Of a stretch of DNA of 31,178 nt, positions 27,529 to 31,178 are shown piece after piece (position 1 is the stretch's first letter; each line of letters starts with the position of its first letter). Source of the stretch: a virus. Taxonomy: Duplodnaviria > Caudoviricetes. The stretch is taken from positions 1 through 31,178 of IMG/VR virus record IMGVR_UViG_3300043120_000036; one strand, 5' to 3'. Under the pieces are notes generated by a model. That model did not search any database. It was given only the letters and a program-made list of their open reading frames with translations, and was not told the DNA's origin. Made by a program: the position numbers and the translations under genes.

Positions 27529-28596
27529 TTACTGTGCTGGGTTAGTGTAGTTTGGTTTAGCCCAACCTTGGGTGATGATCTGTTCATCAGTCCACCCTTG
27601 ACCTTTCAACGCTTCATACGTATGAGGAGAGTCAGGGTTCATGATGACAGTACCTGTGGTCGGGATGCTGGCTGGTGCCGCTGGTGCCGCTGGTGCCGCT
27701 GGTGCCGCTGGTGCCGCTGGTGCCGCTGGTGCCGCTGGTGCCGCTGGTGCCGCTGGTGCCGCTGGTGCCGCTGGTGCCGCTGGTGCCGCTGGTGCCGCTG
27801 GTGCCTGTTCCCACCGACCCTTACCGTTTGCTACCAATTGGTCATCCGTCCAACCCACATACTGTTCACGAGTGAATTGAGTATCGGTGTGAACGTACTT
27901 CTTAACCGCTGGCATTGCGGGAGCAGTCGGAGCAGTCGGGTGATTACCGAATTGCTGACCTGTACCGGCTGGGATGTTACTGTCAGCATGACCACGGTTA
28001 GCAAATGCCTGTGTTGCTGTTTGTGCTGGGCCACGACCGAATGATTCATCATCGTAAACCATCTGCACGTTCAACAATGTCAGCGCGATAATACGTGAAC
28101 CATCTTGCTTGGTATAGGCCGATACTTCGACCTGTGCATCACACCAGCAACCACCATAGATAGTGCCCGGATTAATATCCTTGGTTCCGGTAGGGTCAAC
28201 ACAACCAACAGGGTCGCTGTTCTTGATTGATACAATCTCATAACCCGCAGTAATTGGGTCAACAGTACCAGGTAACGGATTACCTCGGTCGTCGGTCTGC
28301 ATCACAGTGTTACCGTCCACAAACTCAGGCGGATATTGAACACCAGTGTATTGCTTTACAATTGCAGAGGTGACATCGGGAACTGCAACACCCCATTCTT
28401 CCTGAATAACTTCCTTCAGTGCCTGTTTCAACGCTGATGGATTGGAAACTCCATTGATACCAGATTTCTGAATGGTGAACTGACCAGATTGCGGAAACAT
28501 CGCTTTCAACTGGTATTTACCTGATTTCTCATATGGAGTTTTCAGGTTAGGTAAGGAACACCGGAACAAACCGGTAAAGATAGTACGATTAGCCAT
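27529..28596 (-). CDS. single-stranded DNA-binding protein (DUF2815/Enc34-like) with extended C-terminus
   Basis: IYGGCW...AY...IALTLLNVQ...DDESFG motif; adjacent to DUF2800 gene. Confidence 0.8.
   Translation of the reverse strand: MANRTIFTGLFRCSLPNLKTPYEKSGKYQLKAMFPQSGQFTIQKSGINGVSNPSALKQALKEVIQEEWGVAVPDVTSAIVKQYTGVQYPPEFVDGNTVMQTDDRGNPLPGTVDPITAGYEIVSIKNSDPVGCVDPTGTKDINPGTIYGGCWCDAQVEVSAYTKQDGSRIIALTLLNVQMVYDDESFGRGPAQTATQAFANRGHADSNIPAGTGQQFGNHPTAPTAPAMPAVKKYVHTDTQFTREQYVGWTDDQLVANGKGRWEQAPAAPAAPAAPAAPAAPAAPAAPAAPAAPAAPAAPAAPAAPAAPASIPTTGTVIMNPDSPHTYEALKGQGWTDEQIITQGWAKPNYTNPAQ
27671..27805. repeat. perfect tandem repeat (GCTGGTGCC)x15 encoding (Ala-Pro-Ala)15
   Basis: 135 bp counted directly, no mismatches. 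Confidence 0.97.
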
Positions 28597-28601
28597 GAAA
28601 A

Positions 28602-29780
28602 TTAACCTCGTTGTTTAAACACACCGACAGCACTTTTGCTCTCGGCAGTGCGGTTGCTAAATACACCCTCGGCGCTGCCAGTACGGACAGCAGGGCGGTT
28701 ATCATTCATTTCAGCCAGTTTAGTTGTGGCTGGTTGGGTTTTGTAATACTGGTTCACGATCTCTTTCGGTAACAGCTTTTCTGCCTTGGACTTACCGATG
28801 AGTCGAGGGTTATTGTAAAGGTCAGACTTATCCACGCCATGTGCAACAGCGGCTTTCATAAATCCTTCAACGTCTTCAACGACTGGCCACGGTCTTGATT
28901 GAACCAGCTTAAAGTTAGTGAACTGGTGGCCATTGCGGGCTTCTTCCAGACAACGGTTCTCAACAGCATCGAGCCATTTTTTAATGTCTGGTATTGCTTC
29001 CTTAATGACTTCGAGTTCACCGAGACTAATTCCTTCAAGGGGATGGTCAGTATACGCCAGTCGCAATGTCCGCTCCATTCTAGCGCGACAGTTTGCTTGT
29101 GCTGGGCAATACTCACACCATTCACCTGCTTTCGGTTTAGTCATTGGGTCTTCAGCTAATGCAATCGACCGACGATACTTTTCACGCCAACCGATTAAGT
29201 CGACAATACTGTATTCAACGGTACGGACTGGGCCACTGATATGGTCACCATTTGGTTGAATGATCGTGTTATAAACCTTGTCAACTTTATCCCACAAGTC
29301 GTAGGTGTCGAGCGTTGCCACTGAATACCCGGCAGTCTGTGAGTTATTCTCGACTTCAACACGGTTATAACCGTTCTTGTAATCGAGAATATGGCAAATA
29401 CGATTTATCACGACGATGAACACAATATCGGAAGTACCGTAAACATCGGTACGACCGAGGCTGCTCATCACCACACGACACTCAACCAGCGGTTTAACAC
29501 CGTATCGATGAGATAAGTCATTGACGACGTTGATATACAAGCTGGCGTCATCAGCCATTTTATCGTTCACGACATGATTACTAATGGTTAAACCAATCAT
29601 GTCGTGAGGATTAATACCAATGACAATACACATTTCACCAAGGGCATGGACAGCAGTACCGAGTTCAGCAGCAGGGTTAGTGGGGTTAGGATAACCCTTG
29701 CTCATGCGAATTGATGCAGGGCAAGCGTCTTCCATCCACCGGTAACTACTGCTAAAGCTGAATACGCTGTGTGCCGTCAT
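28602..29780 (-). CDS. DUF2800 / Cas4-like PD-(D/E)XK exonuclease
   Basis: SSSYRW..CP, GTAVH, GTSD, DYKNG, Q...Y, WCEYCPAQANC (putative Fe-S cysteines). Confidence 0.88.
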   Translation of the reverse strand: MTAHSVFSFSSSYRWMEDACPASIRMSKGYPNPTNPAAELGTAVHALGEMCIVIGINPHDMIGLTISNHVVNDKMADDASLYINVVNDLSHRYGVKPLVECRVVMSSLGRTDVYGTSDIVFIVVINRICHILDYKNGYNRVEVENNSQTAGYSVATLDTYDLWDKVDKVYNTIIQPNGDHISGPVRTVEYSIVDLIGWREKYRRSIALAEDPMTKPKAGEWCEYCPAQANCRARMERTLRLAYTDHPLEGISLGELEVIKEAIPDIKKWLDAVENRCLEEARNGHQFTNFKLVQSRPWPVVEDVEGFMKAAVAHGVDKSDLYNNPRLIGKSKAEKLLPKEIVNQYYKTQPATTKLAEMNDNRPAVRTGSAEGVFSNRTAESKSAVGVFKQRG

Positions 29781-29785
29781 AATAA

Positions 29786-30697
29786 TTACCCCTTAGCCAG
29801 CTCGGCGTCGATGTCACGACCACCAGGAATAGACGCATACCATTTAACCCACTGGTCAGCACTTTCTTTCAAGTTGTCAATCAATGTGCCAATATTGGCA
29901 CGACCGATTTGACCTAGAATAACAGCACCTTTGGTGTGGGCATTCAGGTGGTAACCAACAACAGTTTCCATCAGATTGTTATCACCATTGGTTGCAGTAT
30001 CTACGAGGTCAAGGCGGTCAATCTGGTCTTGCACTTGTGACAACATACCAGCCCATGCGGTACATTCAGTAGTAACCTTGGCATAGTTTTCAGCAGATAA
30101 TGCTTCGAAGGTATCCGCACCGAGTGGCTTCAACACACCATCGATAATGAGGTCAAAATCAGTTTTGTACTCATTGGTCAGTACGTTGATTGCTTCCAGT
30201 GCTTTACGCTGCTCAGTCGGTTCCACTGGCTTAGACGGTGCAGCAGGTGTTGCCGGAGGCTTAGGAGTAGACGGTGCAGCAGGTGTTGCTGGAGGTTTAG
30301 GGGTGGATGGTACAGCCATTGACTCCACAGCAGCACTAAGTGGTGTTGGTTTAAACGGTGCTGGTTCATCAATGGTATCACCAGCACCACCCAGATATTC
30401 ATTTTTCCATGCTTCGAATGCTGCGTCGTTTTCGGCTTTACGCTGCTCTTTGTTTTCACCGGAAATACGAATACGCTTCCAAGTACCATCGTTGTTTTGT
30501 GACTTAGTAGCAGCATGGAATTCTTCATTCCACGGTAAGCCGTCGGCATCCAGTTCAACGTCGTCGCTGGCGGTTTCAACAGGGTCGAGATTATCCATTA
30601 ACGTTAACACGGGTGCTGCACTATCCGTCTGAATAAACACCTTTTCTTCCAAAGCTTTAACACGCGCTTCGAGTGATTCTAAAATACCTAGTGACAT
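29786..30697 (-). CDS. conserved phage hypothetical protein with ELDADGLPW...H...DGTW motif and Pro/Ala linker
   Basis: Strong AAGGAG SD; first gene behind the leftward promoter. Confidence 0.85.
   Translation of the reverse strand: MSLGILESLEARVKALEEKVFIQTDSAAPVLTLMDNLDPVETASDDVELDADGLPWNEEFHAATKSQNNDGTWKRIRISGENKEQRKAENDAAFEAWKNEYLGGAGDTIDEPAPFKPTPLSAAVESMAVPSTPKPPATPAAPSTPKPPATPAAPSKPVEPTEQRKALEAINVLTNEYKTDFDLIIDGVLKPLGADTFEALSAENYAKVTTECTAWAGMLSQVQDQIDRLDLVDTATNGDNNLMETVVGYHLNAHTKGAVILGQIGRANIGTLIDNLKESADQWVKWYASIPGGRDIDAELAKG
30234..30305. repeat. imperfect 36-bp tandem duplication encoding TPKPPATPAAPS x2
   Basis: GACGGTGCAGCAGGTGTTGC at 30234 and 30270; differences are at synonymous positions. 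Confidence 0.9.
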
Positions 30698-30740
30698 TTA
30701 ATGTCTCCTTTGTTGGGTTGCTCGTCATCGAGTGATACTG

Positions 30741-30790
30741 ACTATAAACAAGGTAAAAACTGTTGTAAAGAATTATTTGAAAATATTTTT
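30741..30790 (-). promoter_or_regulatory. leftward sigma70-like promoter of the replication operon
   Basis: TTTACA (30769-30764), 17 nt, TATAGT (30746-30741), AT-rich upstream. Confidence 0.72.
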
Positions 30791-30804
30791 ACAAAGTGTA
30801 TTAT
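30777..30804 (+). promoter_or_regulatory. putative rightward divergent promoter
   Basis: TTGAAA (30777-30782), 16 nt, TATTAT (30799-30804). Confidence 0.5.
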
Positions 30805-30835
30805 TGGTGAAAGGTTAATAGTGAGGAACCAGATT

Positions 30836-31063
30836 ATGTACGAACGTGAATACGATAAAAATGGCGTAATGGTTATGGCAGTACCTGAGGATGAAAATCT
30901 TTGTAAAAACTGTGTGTATAATGACGATAAACACCCTAAGTGTAAGGTAAAACCTAAACCATGCTCACATTGTCTCAGGTCCGATACCCAAAACTGTATC
31001 TTCAAACCCCTATACCGATACGACTGGAAACTCGGCAAACCTGTAGCGGCGGTTAAAGTATGA
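30836..31063 (+). CDS. small Cys-rich hypothetical protein
   Basis: Start moved from 30701 to in-frame ATG 30836 with GAGGA SD; CKNC...C...CSHC.R.D...IF. Confidence 0.75.
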   Translation: MYEREYDKNGVMVMAVPEDENLCKNCVYNDDKHPKCKVKPKPCSHCLRSDTQNCIFKPLYRYDWKLGKPVAAVKV

Positions 31064-31178
31064 TTTTACCACCAGCTAAGATTAGTTTGCGTCAATACCA
31101 GATTGATGCAGTGAACGACACTGACCGTTTGTTTAATGAAGGTAACAAAGTTGTTATGACAGTGTTACCAACAGGCGC
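31060..31178 (+). CDS. SF2 (DEAD/DEAH-like) helicase, 5' part, cut by window edge
   Basis: MILPPAKISLRQYQIDAV...VMTVLPTG(A): Q motif plus start of Walker A; ATGA overlap. Confidence 0.85.
   Translation, partial: MILPPAKISLRQYQIDAVNDTDRLFNEGNKVVMTVLPTG

Noticed and set aside
27671-27805. Possible CRISPR array near the Cas4-like gene
   Set aside because: Head-to-tail 9-mers with no spacers; DUF2800 is a stand-alone phage nuclease and no other cas genes are present
27568-28044. ORFs with WCR, GTS, GAA and VPL repeats in other frames
   Set aside because: By-products of the stop-free 9-bp repeat inside the SSB gene
30701-30835. 5' extension of the 120-aa ORF
   Set aside because: Runs through the divergent promoter region; SD supports ATG 30836

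Overview
A ~31 kb segment of a long-tailed (siphovirus-type) dsDNA phage with an HK97-like head module. The host is probably a Gammaproteobacterium (inference). The + strand 169-19264 is a complete morphogenesis operon: terS, terL, portal, prohead protease, major capsid, neck, major tail protein, tail chaperone with a -1 frameshift product missing from the ORF track, tape measure, tail tip and tailspike. An AT-rich, terminator-flanked multidomain endonuclease gene interrupts it after the capsid gene. 19265-20160 is an AT-rich patch of gene remnants and dyads, including the N-terminus of a DUF4815-type virion protein and the N-terminus of an M15-type endolysin. The - strand 20161-30697 is a replication module: family B DNA polymerase, HAD-NinH fusion, DUF6378, MT-A70 methyltransferase, primase-helicase, VRR-NUC, SSB with a perfect 9-bp VNTR, and DUF2800/Cas4-like nuclease. 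A divergent promoter region at ~30740-30805 precedes a small Cys-rich gene and the start of an SF2 helicase. I saw no integrase, tRNA, rRNA or CRISPR array. All family assignments come from motif recognition by eye, not database searches. I found no certain novel system. The best candidates are the nuclease plus Mom/GNAT-like moron, the gene-fragment patch, and RNA structures in the capsid leader and the frameshift region.
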